Sequence record: LR756508.1
Length of the DNA stretch: 64,000 nt
Reading direction: 5' to 3' (one strand)
The position numbers and the translations under genes are program-made. Each line of letters opens with the position of its first letter. Position 1 is the first letter of the stretch. The notes below the pieces were generated by a model. That model was not told where the DNA came from. It made no database searches and saw only the letters and a program-made list of their open reading frames with translations. Below are positions 29,409 to 38,795 of this stretch, in pieces.

Positions 29409-29910
29409 AGAAAAACTGAAAGACGTCATACGAAAAGAGGTAAAAAGTGCGCTAAATGAGATTAGCCAGACTGGAAATGTCGCTGGATATCAGACTCCCT
29501 TTGCCTTTACAGGGAAAAACGACGAAGCAAAAGAAGACAAAAAAGACTGGATGAAAAAAATTAATAAGCAGTATGGGTATACTCTGGTAAATGAATCCAC
29601 CCCCGAAGCTCTTCAAGACTTTTACGCTTACTTTCGCAATATAAACTCTGAAGAGTGGGAGGGTTCAAAAAATGATAACACCGATGATAACCGACCTCCA
29701 GTAACCGAGGCAGATCAAACTTTAAGAAAACTCCGAGTTGCTCCTGGAATGTTAGACAAAGCCAGAAAGGCCCTAGAAAAAAATAACATCTCATTTCATG
29801 GAACGTCAAGAACTGCGCAGGGGCCAGTATTGACATTTAAAAATATGCACGATCAAGACGATGCTTTTCAAGTTTTGAGTAAACAAGACTTGATTCCAAG
29901 TAAAAGATAA
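29398..29910 (+). CDS. Leader-motif protein
   Basis: MNKEKLKDVIRKEVKSALNE followed by EISQTGNVAGYQTPFAF. Confidence 0.6.
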   Translation: MMNKEKLKDVIRKEVKSALNEISQTGNVAGYQTPFAFTGKNDEAKEDKKDWMKKINKQYGYTLVNESTPEALQDFYAYFRNINSEEWEGSKNDNTDDNRPPVTEADQTLRKLRVAPGMLDKARKALEKNNISFHGTSRTAQGPVLTFKNMHDQDDAFQVLSKQDLIPSKR

Positions 29911-29998
29911 AAGAAAATAAATATAGGATACTTAAAATCTACTTATTGAGTAGAAATCGAGTAAAGTTTAAATTTAATAAAAATTATTGAGAGAACTT

Positions 29999-30283
29999 AT
30001 GAGCAAGCCCGATCCTACAAACTCCGTGAAAGACACTGGTAGACTTCAGGAGCTGGCTGGAATTGAGCAGGACAAAACTAGTCTTGCAGATATTGATAAG
30101 AGCGACTTCGATAGCCTCAAAGAATTTGTCGACTTCGTGAGAGAGAATCTTCTTGATAAAAATCGCTCCGAAGAAGAGGTGGTTTACGAACTTACGGAGG
30201 CCGTTGATAACGAAGAGGTTTGGAATGCGCTTGATAAAGTCGCGAGAAAAAACAATCTCTATTATCACGCTGACAAGAACTAA
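29999..30283 (+). CDS. Small helical protein with RLQELAGI motif
   Basis: GRLQELAGIE. ATG at 29999 preferred over TTG at 29987. Confidence 0.6.
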   Translation: MSKPDPTNSVKDTGRLQELAGIEQDKTSLADIDKSDFDSLKEFVDFVRENLLDKNRSEEEVVYELTEAVDNEEVWNALDKVARKNNLYYHADKN

Positions 30284-30299
30284 AAAAGCTTTGAAAACA

Positions 30300-30512
30300 A
30301 TGGATAAATCCCGATTTCAAGAACTGGCTGGAGTCCTGAGCGAAGACAGTGAATCGCGCCTGGAACTGCTCGATAAGCTTCGCGAGAACCTTAGCGACAC
30401 AGAAATTCTGGAGACTCTTTTTGAAGAGTCTTTTAGTGACGAGGAGGCAGAAGAGCAGGTCAAGTTTCTTGCTCGTTTTCACGATATTGACGAGTTTGAT
30501 ACTAGCCTGTAA
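30300..30512 (+). CDS. Small helical protein with RFQELAGV motif
   Basis: MDKSRFQELAGVLSE. The longer track ORF overlaps the previous gene. Confidence 0.6.
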   Translation: MDKSRFQELAGVLSEDSESRLELLDKLRENLSDTEILETLFEESFSDEEAEEQVKFLARFHDIDEFDTSL

Positions 30513-30513
30513 A

Positions 30514-30726
30514 ATGGAACTCCATCGCGACAACCTACAAAAAATTATACAGGACGAGGTTTCGAGCCTCAAAGATGGAAACCTGCCCGAGCCAGTTGAG
30601 TTGCAACGGCGGGTTTTGCGAGAGGACTTCACTCGAAGTGAAAAGCAAGAGCTTTCACGGATCATCCGCACAGAGCTTGCCAGAATTTTCTACGACTTGT
30701 TTAAAAAACGAAACTTTTGGACTTAA
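30514..30726 (+). CDS. Leader-motif small protein
   Basis: MELHRDNLQKIIQDE. ATG lies 1 nt after the previous stop. Confidence 0.6.
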   Translation: MELHRDNLQKIIQDEVSSLKDGNLPEPVELQRRVLREDFTRSEKQELSRIIRTELARIFYDLFKKRNFWT

Positions 30727-30756
30727 CCTTTTTGGAATTTAACTTAATAAGAATTA

Positions 30757-31023
30757 ATGAAGGTAACTGAAGAAAAACTTCGAAAAGTAATAAGACGTGA
30801 GATTAAGGAGGTGATGACTGGTCAAGAATCGAAGTCTGCAAAATATGAGGCAGATGACATCGATCACTTCTCTTTTGTTTCTAAACAGATTGGAAATGTT
30901 CTAGGCTCTACCGAAAGAGGTATTACTGAACTTAGAAATAGAAAAAAAGAGAATGACAGTCAATACATTGATGAAGGTTTAAAAATTCTTAGAAGTGTAG
31001 CAGATAAACTTCGTGAATGGTAG
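30757..31023 (+). CDS. Leader-motif small protein
   Basis: MKVTEEKLRKVIRREIKE. Confidence 0.6.
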   Translation: MKVTEEKLRKVIRREIKEVMTGQESKSAKYEADDIDHFSFVSKQIGNVLGSTERGITELRNRKKENDSQYIDEGLKILRSVADKLREW

Positions 31024-31069
31024 ACTACAACCCTATTTTAATTAATATTAATAATAATCAAGAAAGAAC

Positions 31070-31492
31070 ATGAAAATACAAGAACAAAAACTTCGTGGAA
31101 TAATCAAAGAAGAAATTAAGAAAATTGTAAATGAGCAGTCTGGTGGCACCCTGGAATGGGGATTTAAGCAAGCGGGTTTTGAGTCTCCGAGAAACTTTAA
31201 AAAGATCCTTTCTAAATTTAATATAGATGAAGAACCACAGGTTATTGAAGCAAGACATGGTGAAAAATACGTTTGGAAAGGTCCAGGTATCGTTCTAGCT
31301 ACTGATAATAACCCAGTAACTGGAGAAGGAGGATCTAGAAGAGAGCCGGGGTATGCATCACATATGGCCGTAGAAGGTGATCCTGAGACTGTAAAACTTT
31401 TTGCTGCCGAACTTAAACTGGCCGATTTCTTTTGGACGAAATCTCAAGCTCCAGGTAGCAATGTATTTATTCGGATGCCTGATTACTCTTAA
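31070..31492 (+). CDS. Leader-motif protein
   Basis: MKIQEQKLRGIIKEEIKKIVNE. Confidence 0.6.
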   Translation: MKIQEQKLRGIIKEEIKKIVNEQSGGTLEWGFKQAGFESPRNFKKILSKFNIDEEPQVIEARHGEKYVWKGPGIVLATDNNPVTGEGGSRREPGYASHMAVEGDPETVKLFAAELKLADFFWTKSQAPGSNVFIRMPDYS

Positions 31493-31521
31493 ATGCTTGT
31501 AACTGTAGGAAAAAGCTATGG

Positions 31522-31821
31522 GAATGTTCAAGAAAGTATTAGTTACTGGGTGAATTGAACCGGTAAGAGAAAGATTTAGAGTAGCCAGATATAGCGGCAG
31601 AAAAGCTGGTCTCATAAGTATGTTGTAAAAACTTCTTTATCTGGAGCGATGGCTTCTCGCTAAAAATCTTTGTAAGCTGAAAACTTAGTTCAAAACTTCT
31701 ACGTTTGTAGCTCGCCAGGTGAAAACCTTCACAGATCAAACTTTTGTTAAAAGCACGAGAAAGACTGTACTGAAAAAGATTGGAGTAAGAATCTCCTCAC
31801 TTTAGCGAAGAGAGACTTCAA
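31522..31821 (+). mobile_element. Non-coding IS200/IS605-derived mini-element, copy A (partly decayed)
   Basis: Colinear with 61907..62224: GAATTGAACC, CCAGATATAG, AAAGCTGGTCT, GTAGCTCGC, and right end AGAATCTCCTCACTTTAGCGAAGAGAGACTTCAA. The left hairpin is lost. Confidence 0.7.
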
Positions 31822-31840
31822 CTTAAAAAAAAAAAAAAAG

Positions 31841-32383
31841 ATGAAAGAGCAGAAGCTAAGACGGATAATTCGAGAAATAATTCAAGAGGTTTCAGTTAGC
31901 CGTGATTTTCTGCACCAGTTCGCAGACGCCATTGAGGACCTTACGGGACGCGAGGCATTTTTCAAAGCCAGCGAAGACAATGCCATTCGCTATGATGGAC
32001 GAAGCAACAAGCTTGATATATATGTGAAGTCCTCGACCGGAAATCGGCTCGGAGGCGAGGTTGAGTTAAAGGTCGTAGACGCTCGGGGAACGGTTCGCAC
32101 TGGTATCGACGTCCCCAGTGATCCAGAAATTGCTGCAGAGGAGCTTGCGGGAGAACTCGAAAAAATTAATGAAAGTTTTCAGCCAGTTATTTGTGAAGAA
32201 ATAAATGGGGTAAAGAAGGAGTATAAAAAGCATTCCGAGGAGGTTTACAACACTCTTTACAATTTCGTGTGGGATGCCGAAAAAAATGGAGACTCTGATG
32301 AAATTGGAAAGTTTGTAGCGCATATGGTAACAAAAGCAGTTCCTCCAGAATACTGGGATGATATTAAGAAAAATATTAATTAA
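31841..32383 (+). CDS. Leader-motif protein
   Basis: MKEQKLRRIIREIIQE. Confidence 0.6.
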   Translation: MKEQKLRRIIREIIQEVSVSRDFLHQFADAIEDLTGREAFFKASEDNAIRYDGRSNKLDIYVKSSTGNRLGGEVELKVVDARGTVRTGIDVPSDPEIAAEELAGELEKINESFQPVICEEINGVKKEYKKHSEEVYNTLYNFVWDAEKNGDSDEIGKFVAHMVTKAVPPEYWDDIKKNIN

Positions 32384-32479
32384 TATAGAAAACTTGCGGA
32401 GGTAAAACTGTGGTGAGTTATATAAAAAAGGAGCGGAGGCAGAGCGTAATTAACCTATAAATTTAGAGATTGACTTGTA

Positions 32480-34204
32480 ATGTCAGACAACAAAGACTTG
32501 CTTGTAGATTATCAACCTCTTGAGTATGATAAGGAGGTAATTAAGGAGTCTATTGATAAAGATGATGGGCCGCTGGTGGTGGAGGGAACCCTCCAAAGAG
32601 CCGACGCAAAAAATCAAAATGGTAGGGTGTATCCAAAGGACGTGCTGAAAGATGAAGCTGAGAGGTACATGAAAGAAAAGGTGAATAAGAATAATGCGTT
32701 AGGCGAATTAGATCACCCTGATTGCCTCAAAAAACATAGCGCACAAGCACTTACGGTGGATGGGTTTAAGTATATATCCAATGTTGAAGTAGGTGAGTCC
32801 ATCGTTACAATTAATCCAGATACTGGCGATGTAGAGATAGAAGAGGTCCAGGAAGTAATTGACGAAGAATATAGTGGACCAATGTATCAGATCAGTTCTG
32901 GTAGAATGGATATCCAGGTCACTCCCAACCATAGATTTCTACTTCTTCCACGAAAAGACTATCCTGACCGTGATCCGTACTGGGTGAATGCAGAAGAACT
33001 ATATGAGAACAGAACCAGTCACAGTAAATCCCGAATTCCAAAAGAAATTTGGGGAGGCTGGAACGGAAAAAGTAATGTAAATGGAACTTCCAAACCACTT
33101 CATGAGAACTTTGCGTTTCCGTCAATCGATTCAGATGTTTTCTTTAAGTTCATCGGAATCTGGCTTGCGGACGGAGATACAGTAACTGACAGAAATGTTG
33201 TCCAACTGCACCAAGTCAAGGAAGAAAGCACTCAAGAAATTCGAACTCTTCTTTCAAAATTCCCGAACGATTTGACCTGGAGTGAAGAAAACAAGGAAAA
33301 TGGTTTCGGAAATACAAAAACAATATTTAGAACCCGAAATTCAGAGCTGTATTCTTATCTTCGAGATAATTTCGGCGAAGACTGTTATTCAAAAGAAATC
33401 CCAGCAGATGTAAAAAATGCACCACCAGAAAAAATCAAGAATCTCCTTGACTGGTTTGTAAAAGGTGATGGAACAGAGTTTGAAACTCAAAGGAGTGACA
33501 CAAGAAGAAGATTCTTCTCCACGTCGGAAAAACTAGTTGATGATCTCCAAGAAATAGCATTGAAACTGGGTCATAATGGCTCTATTCAAGAATTTGATCC
33601 TATGAATGATGCTCCGATTGGAGATCGAAAAATAAAATCAGAAAACAAAGAAAAACTTTACATCTATGAATTTCTCAAAAATGATGGTTATGGATTAGAT
33701 AAGAGGTGTAGTGATATTAAGAGGTTTAATTTTGATGGAAGAGTAACATGTCTTTCTGTTCCAAATGGCACCTTTTACGCTAAAGATGAAAATGGAGCCT
33801 GCTTTTGGACCGGCAACAGCTCAGTAGTAAACCTCAAAAACGTTTCTCATAACGTAATAGACATGGAGTGGGATGGAAATGATCTGAACGGAAAGCTTGA
33901 AATTCTCGATACCCCGTCTGGCGAGATACTTCAAGATCTCCTCGAAGCAGGAATTCGACTTGGAATTTCGTCCCGAGGATTGGGTTCTGTATCAAAAAGA
34001 AGAGATGGAGCTGTTGAAGTTCAAGATGACTACTCGATTGTATGTTTTGATATGGTCAGCTCGCCTAGCACGCATGGTGCATTTATTGAACCCATTAATG
34101 AAGCAGTAGATAGAAGAAGGGTGGAAGAAGCCCAGAAATGGCATTCAGTTGACCGAATGGCACAAGAAATTGTTGGAGAACTTTCTGAAAAATACTCGGT
34201 TTAG
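32480..34204 (+). CDS. gp21: Prohead core protease with intein (about 209 aa after splicing)
   Basis: LQRADAKNQNGRVYP, LGELDHPD, GISSRGLGS, FDMVSSPSTHGA. Confidence 0.95.
   Translation: MSDNKDLLVDYQPLEYDKEVIKESIDKDDGPLVVEGTLQRADAKNQNGRVYPKDVLKDEAERYMKEKVNKNNALGELDHPDCLKKHSAQALTVDGFKYISNVEVGESIVTINPDTGDVEIEEVQEVIDEEYSGPMYQISSGRMDIQVTPNHRFLLLPRKDYPDRDPYWVNAEELYENRTSHSKSRIPKEIWGGWNGKSNVNGTSKPLHENFAFPSIDSDVFFKFIGIWLADGDTVTDRNVVQLHQVKEESTQEIRTLLSKFPNDLTWSEENKENGFGNTKTIFRTRNSELYSYLRDNFGEDCYSKEIPADVKNAPPEKIKNLLDWFVKGDGTEFETQRSDTRRRFFSTSEKLVDDLQEIALKLGHNGSIQEFDPMNDAPIGDRKIKSENKEKLYIYEFLKNDGYGLDKRCSDIKRFNFDGRVTCLSVPNGTFYAKDENGACFWTGNSSVVNLKNVSHNVIDMEWDGNDLNGKLEILDTPSGEILQDLLEAGIRLGISSRGLGSVSKRRDGAVEVQDDYSIVCFDMVSSPSTHGAFIEPINEAVDRRRVEEAQKWHSVDRMAQEIVGELSEKYSV
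32723..33817 (+). mobile_element. Intein with LAGLIDADG endonuclease in gp21 (365 aa)
   Basis: HPD|CLKKHSAQ...CLSVPNGTFYAKDENGACFWTGN|S, with FIGIWLADG and WFVKGDG blocks. Confidence 0.9.
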
Positions 34205-34243
34205 CCTAGCAGGTTATATTTTTAACACTCATATCTTTTCTAA

Positions 34244-35944
34244 ATGGAAGAAAATAAAACAGATAAGCTGAAAAGGTGGATCAAAGATAACTTTTTTTGT
34301 TCTGGCGGCGGCAGATTAAATGCAAAAATGTGCCGGAGAGAGTGGTTTGAAAAGTACTGTCACATCGATAAACTTGAAGAACTAAAAAGCCTTACCAGCT
34401 TTTTAGCTTCAGATGTTAATATCAGTCAGAGATTTTATCATATTCTAAACTATAAATTAGAACCCACAGAGTGTGGTCGGAAAGGATGCGATGAAATCCC
34501 TACGTTCCAGTCCTTCTCTATGGGTTATGAAGACTTTTGTTCCATCGAATGTGCTCAACAGTCAGAGGTAACAAAGAAAAAAATTAAAGATACATTTAGA
34601 GAAAAGTATGGAGTAGAGCATCACCTTCAAAAAGAAGAGTTCTTGGAAAAGCAACGAGAAACTGTAAGAGAGAAGTACGGAGTTGATAACGTTTCTCAAG
34701 CTGAAGAGATCAAGAAAAAGAAAAGAGAGACTTGCCAAGAAAATTTTGGAGTAGATAACCCCATGGAGTCATCTGAGGTAAGAAAAAAATCTATTGAAAC
34801 CTGGCTTAAAAAATATGGAGTCGAAAATCCTTTGAAAGATGAGGATATAAAAAAGAAGGTGTTTTCAACGAGGAGAAAAGATGCTTTTGAAAGTTATGTA
34901 AGAAGGGACAGGTTCAAAGAAGATGAAGTTAAACCTTTGTTCGATAAAAACTCATGGAAAGGCAAAGCAGAAGAGCATAAATTTAAGTGCTTGAGATGTG
35001 AAAATATATTCAAGTCTAAAATAAGATCGGATAGAAGGATAAGATGCTATAACTGCTACCCATCTCAGAAGACATCTAAAGCCGAGAAAGAAGTCTATTA
35101 TTTTCTGAATGATCTGCTTGACTGCGAGGTTAAAAACAACACCTGGGGTATCATAGACGATCAAGAATTAGACATCTTCATTCCCGAAAAAAATTTAGCT
35201 ATAGAATATGATGGTTTGTATTATCATTCAGAGTTTAACGGAAACTGTGGCAGATCTTACCATTTAAATAAAACAGAGAAGTGTGAAGATAAAGACATTC
35301 AGCTAATCCACATCTTCGAAGATGAGTGGATAGATAAGCAAGATATAGTTAAAACTCGGTTGAAACATATTCTCGATGAGACCGATGATTCTTTATATGC
35401 AAGAAACTGTAAAATAAAAAAAATGTCTCCATCCAGAAAAAACTCATTTCTAAATAAGCACCACCTCCAGGGAGAAGACCGATCTAAAATAAAACTCGGA
35501 GCATTTTTTGAGAATGATTTAGTTTCGGTTATGACGTTTTCAAACAAGAGGGTTGCATTTGGAAATAAAAACTCTAACGACAGAGAATATGAGATTTCGC
35601 GTTTCTGCACCGCAGACAAAAACGTGGTTGGAATTGCTGGTAAGTTTTTGAGCTATTTCAAAGAAAAATTTGATCCAAAAGAGATTATCACCTACTCGGA
35701 TAGGCGCTGGAGCCGCCATCCAAACGTTTACGATAAACTCGGATTCAAGTTGGAGAAAAAGAGCGAGCCGAACTACTGGTACCTAAAAAACGAGCGTAGA
35801 ATGCACAGGTTCAGTTTTCGTAAAGATGTACTAAAAGACAAACTTGATGAATTTGACTCAAACCTTACGGAGTGGGAGAATATGCAAATGAGTGGTTTTG
35901 ACAGGATTTGGGACTGTGGGAATCTAAAATACGTCTGGAATTAG
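34244..35944 (+). CDS. Free-standing homing-endonuclease-like protein: basic repeats + Vsr/PD-(D/E)xK nuclease + GNAT/Mom-like C-terminal domain
   Basis: KYGVENP-type repeats, SKAEKEV...ELDIFIPEKNLAIEYDGLYYH, EISRFC...TYSDRRWS...RIWDCG. Confidence 0.75.
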   Translation: MEENKTDKLKRWIKDNFFCSGGGRLNAKMCRREWFEKYCHIDKLEELKSLTSFLASDVNISQRFYHILNYKLEPTECGRKGCDEIPTFQSFSMGYEDFCSIECAQQSEVTKKKIKDTFREKYGVEHHLQKEEFLEKQRETVREKYGVDNVSQAEEIKKKKRETCQENFGVDNPMESSEVRKKSIETWLKKYGVENPLKDEDIKKKVFSTRRKDAFESYVRRDRFKEDEVKPLFDKNSWKGKAEEHKFKCLRCENIFKSKIRSDRRIRCYNCYPSQKTSKAEKEVYYFLNDLLDCEVKNNTWGIIDDQELDIFIPEKNLAIEYDGLYYHSEFNGNCGRSYHLNKTEKCEDKDIQLIHIFEDEWIDKQDIVKTRLKHILDETDDSLYARNCKIKKMSPSRKNSFLNKHHLQGEDRSKIKLGAFFENDLVSVMTFSNKRVAFGNKNSNDREYEISRFCTADKNVVGIAGKFLSYFKEKFDPKEIITYSDRRWSRHPNVYDKLGFKLEKKSEPNYWYLKNERRMHRFSFRKDVLKDKLDEFDSNLTEWENMQMSGFDRIWDCGNLKYVWN

Positions 35945-35995
35945 ATAAGCCACAACTATATTTAAGTGTGAAGAATAGTTAAAACTTGAAACTAA

Positions 35996-36448
35996 ATGCA
36001 ACTTAAAAACAGGTTGACCGAAGCCCTCGGCACCAACACTTTTAGCAAAGAAGCTCCCTTTTTCTACGCTGGCGAAGTTGTAAGTAGGCTCGGCGACGGC
36101 GACGTTGAAGCTATCGAGGTGGGAACCCACGAAGAAAAAGACCGAATAAACATCTACGAGCAGAGGGAAGAGCTAAATGATCCAGATGTTATCCACGACG
36201 TCCGGCTTCTCGTAAAGTCAATAGAACAGGGCGGGGGCGAGGTCGAGCTCGAAGCGAGCTATAGTGCAGAGGTCGAGCGTGAATCTCTTTACGTAACTCA
36301 CGTTTCTCCAATCGAATTTCTAAGCCCAAACATAAACGACTTTTTTGAACTAAGCTTTCGCGAATCAATTCGGCTTCTCGGATCTGATATATACGAAGAA
36401 ATATTTGAGAAGAACAAAAGTGACTTTCGGCGAAGGCTAACACGTTAA
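35996..36448 (+). CDS. Short-leader acidic protein
   Basis: MQLKNRLTE. Confidence 0.55.
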   Translation: MQLKNRLTEALGTNTFSKEAPFFYAGEVVSRLGDGDVEAIEVGTHEEKDRINIYEQREELNDPDVIHDVRLLVKSIEQGGGEVELEASYSAEVERESLYVTHVSPIEFLSPNINDFFELSFRESIRLLGSDIYEEIFEKNKSDFRRRLTR

Positions 36449-36461
36449 ATTTGACCTACCT

Positions 36462-36707
36462 ATGAAATACTCCGAAAAACGGATCAAAAATATTATTGAG
36501 CAAGGTTTGGAAGATTATACGAGTGAAGATTACGAAGAATACGAGTACGGAGATCCTGCCGAAGCCGCTCGCGCCATAAAAGAAAAAATTGACAGGCTCG
36601 TAGGAGAATTGAAAAAAGACCTCGATAGCGCTGGAGAGTTCTTGAGGCCGGGCCTCAAAAAAGCGACGTTGAATTATATCAAGAAAAAATTTCAAAATAA
36701 AGTGTAA
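36462..36707 (+). CDS. Leader-motif small protein
   Basis: MKYSEKRIKNIIEQGLE. Confidence 0.55.
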   Translation: MKYSEKRIKNIIEQGLEDYTSEDYEEYEYGDPAEAARAIKEKIDRLVGELKKDLDSAGEFLRPGLKKATLNYIKKKFQNKV

Positions 36708-37027
36708 TGAGATTGAGCGGCAGAAAACTGAAAAAATTGGTCATCGAGGAGCTTCGGGGAGTCCTGAGCGAAGCGTACATGGGGGAGCCAGAGATTGGAG
36801 ATATCGTTCAAGTTCGTGGAGACGATAAGTTTGGAGAAATCACTCATACCGACGATTCTGGCGAAAAGTACTGGGTTTCTTACCACGGCGAACCTAGTAA
36901 TCGTGGCTTGTTTTTTCATCCACGAGACTTAGAAGTTATATACGATAGTCGTTATAACGAATGGACGGACGAAGTTAGGCCAGAGCACAAAAGAGCGTAT
37001 TCTGACAAGTATCTAAGAGATAAGTAA
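36707..37027 (+). CDS. Leader-motif protein with SH3/KOW-like beta domain
   Basis: MRLSGRKLKKLVIEELRGVLSE followed by EIGDIVQVRGDDKFGEI. Confidence 0.55.
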   Translation: MRLSGRKLKKLVIEELRGVLSEAYMGEPEIGDIVQVRGDDKFGEITHTDDSGEKYWVSYHGEPSNRGLFFHPRDLEVIYDSRYNEWTDEVRPEHKRAYSDKYLRDK

Positions 37028-37536
37028 TGGAAATAAACCGAAAACAGCTTAGAGGTCTTATCAAAGAAGAGTTGGAGCGCACTCCGAACTTCAACCGAAT
37101 GGGGAGGTTTGACCACTGGCAGGATTATACCGACCTCTATAATATGAACTATAGGAAGTTTCATGGCGAGGAAGGCTTCAAAGAAGTTTATTACAACGAG
37201 CCATCAAACATAGTTCTGGCGAAACCAAAGGAAGGCACGTTTTCTGAGGACACCTCAGTTGCCCTGTTTGGAGTGCGGCGAGCCCAAGGAATTTATGAAG
37301 ACATGAGACACATTAACTCAACTGCCTTCGGAGTAAAACCTGTTAAACTCTCAGAGAACGAGTGGAATTTGTTTATGGAAAACACCTATAAGGCAATTCA
37401 AGAAACTAACCCGATTTACCTTCTCAACTTTGGGATGATGGACCCGACAATGGACCTTGATCCCCAAGACCAAAATGAATTTAATAGGAGAAAGACTCTT
37501 TCTCGAACTCTTTCATATAACGCTCCTGGACATTAA
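37027..37536 (+). CDS. Leader-motif protein
   Basis: MEINRKQLRGLIKEELE. Confidence 0.6.
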   Translation: MEINRKQLRGLIKEELERTPNFNRMGRFDHWQDYTDLYNMNYRKFHGEEGFKEVYYNEPSNIVLAKPKEGTFSEDTSVALFGVRRAQGIYEDMRHINSTAFGVKPVKLSENEWNLFMENTYKAIQETNPIYLLNFGMMDPTMDLDPQDQNEFNRRKTLSRTLSYNAPGH

Positions 37537-37568
37537 ATAAGCGTTTTAAAAATGAGTAATAGAAAACC

Positions 37569-38072
37569 ATGAACATCAAAAAAAGTAAACTAAGGAAAAT
37601 TATTCGAGAAGAAATAACGAGAGTTCTGGGTGGAGATTCTCGTCGGCACGGAGACCGGGTGAAAAACAGGGCTCGGAGAATGATTGGAGAGGCCGAGACA
37701 TTTCGATCTCGTGCGGAGGAAGCTCGAAGCAAGAACGACCTGCTTGATATTTTCAAAGATATGGGTAGGTTCATGGATGACAAAAAATTTCTTCGGGCCG
37801 TTGCGCAGGCCATGAGTCGGGATGGACTCTCGCAGTCAATTCAATACATCGATAGGCAGCACCAGTTTCCTCACCGCCGAGAAACGACGTACCGGCAGGA
37901 AGCAGAATCCGCTTCGATGGACGAGTTGATCAGCATCGCCGACCGGATGGGGACGCTTATGGGCGACGAAAAGTTTGCAAACGAGATCGCTATGAGCATG
38001 GGGCGAAGTGAGCTCCGTAATCTTATCCAGTATCTTGATCGACATTATGAGATGACTCCAGCCGAGGTTTAA
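37569..38072 (+). CDS. Leader-motif protein with two internal helical repeats
   Basis: MNIKKSKLRKIIREE. Repeats end IQYIDRQH and IQYLDRHY. Confidence 0.6.
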   Translation: MNIKKSKLRKIIREEITRVLGGDSRRHGDRVKNRARRMIGEAETFRSRAEEARSKNDLLDIFKDMGRFMDDKKFLRAVAQAMSRDGLSQSIQYIDRQHQFPHRRETTYRQEAESASMDELISIADRMGTLMGDEKFANEIAMSMGRSELRNLIQYLDRHYEMTPAEV

Positions 38073-38135
38073 AAGTAAATGGTTGAAAAATTAATATAAA
38101 GTCTTACGAAACCTGGTTAAAAAAACCTATAAAGT

Positions 38136-38507
38136 ATGAAAAGTTTTAAAATGAACAATCTTAGAAAGGTGGTACAAGAAGAAATCCAAAAACTCCTGAA
38201 AGAGAAAGAAAGGCAGGAGCCTGGAGTCAGTGATAGTGACAGGCGTGCTCTCGATACGATCCGCCTGTTTCTACATAGAAATTATGAAGAGGCAAAGCGA
38301 AACGGAGATGAAGTTGTTGCCTACGAATCTGGAGCGCCCTGGGAAGAAGAAAGATATAAAATTGTAATAGAGCCCTCGGGGCTTGACAGTTACACTTATA
38401 CTTTCGACGTTCAAGAAAGTGATGAGAGGTTTGCTAATGACGCTTACGCAAGGATGCAGAAAGAAGATGGACTTCCGTATATTAAACTCCCTAGAAGATT
38501 TAGATAA
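38136..38507 (+). CDS. Leader-motif protein
   Basis: MNNLRKVVQEEIQKLLKE. Confidence 0.6.
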   Translation: MKSFKMNNLRKVVQEEIQKLLKEKERQEPGVSDSDRRALDTIRLFLHRNYEEAKRNGDEVVAYESGAPWEEERYKIVIEPSGLDSYTYTFDVQESDERFANDAYARMQKEDGLPYIKLPRRFR

Positions 38508-38519
38508 AAAAGACAGATT

Positions 38520-38783
38520 ATGAAAGAAAAAAGACTTAGAAGGTTTATTCGAGAAGAAGTTAAAAACATTATCCAGGAAGAGAATAAAGGGCTTCTTTAC
38601 TCTTACGCTGGCGATATAAATATTTACGATTTGTCTATGCCACCGATGGGAGGCACCGAAGCGCCGCAGTCCGGCAATAAAATTGTAGCTCTTGAGTTTG
38701 ACGGGAATCGCATCGAGCTTACTCCAAATGAGGCAGAATCTTTGTACAATGCGGTCGAGACAATCTATAATTCTCGATCTTAA
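38520..38783 (+). CDS. Leader-motif small protein
   Basis: MKEKRLRRFIREEVKNIIQE. Confidence 0.6.
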   Translation: MKEKRLRRFIREEVKNIIQEENKGLLYSYAGDINIYDLSMPPMGGTEAPQSGNKIVALEFDGNRIELTPNEAESLYNAVETIYNSRS

Positions 38784-38795
38784 ATCTGACTAGAT

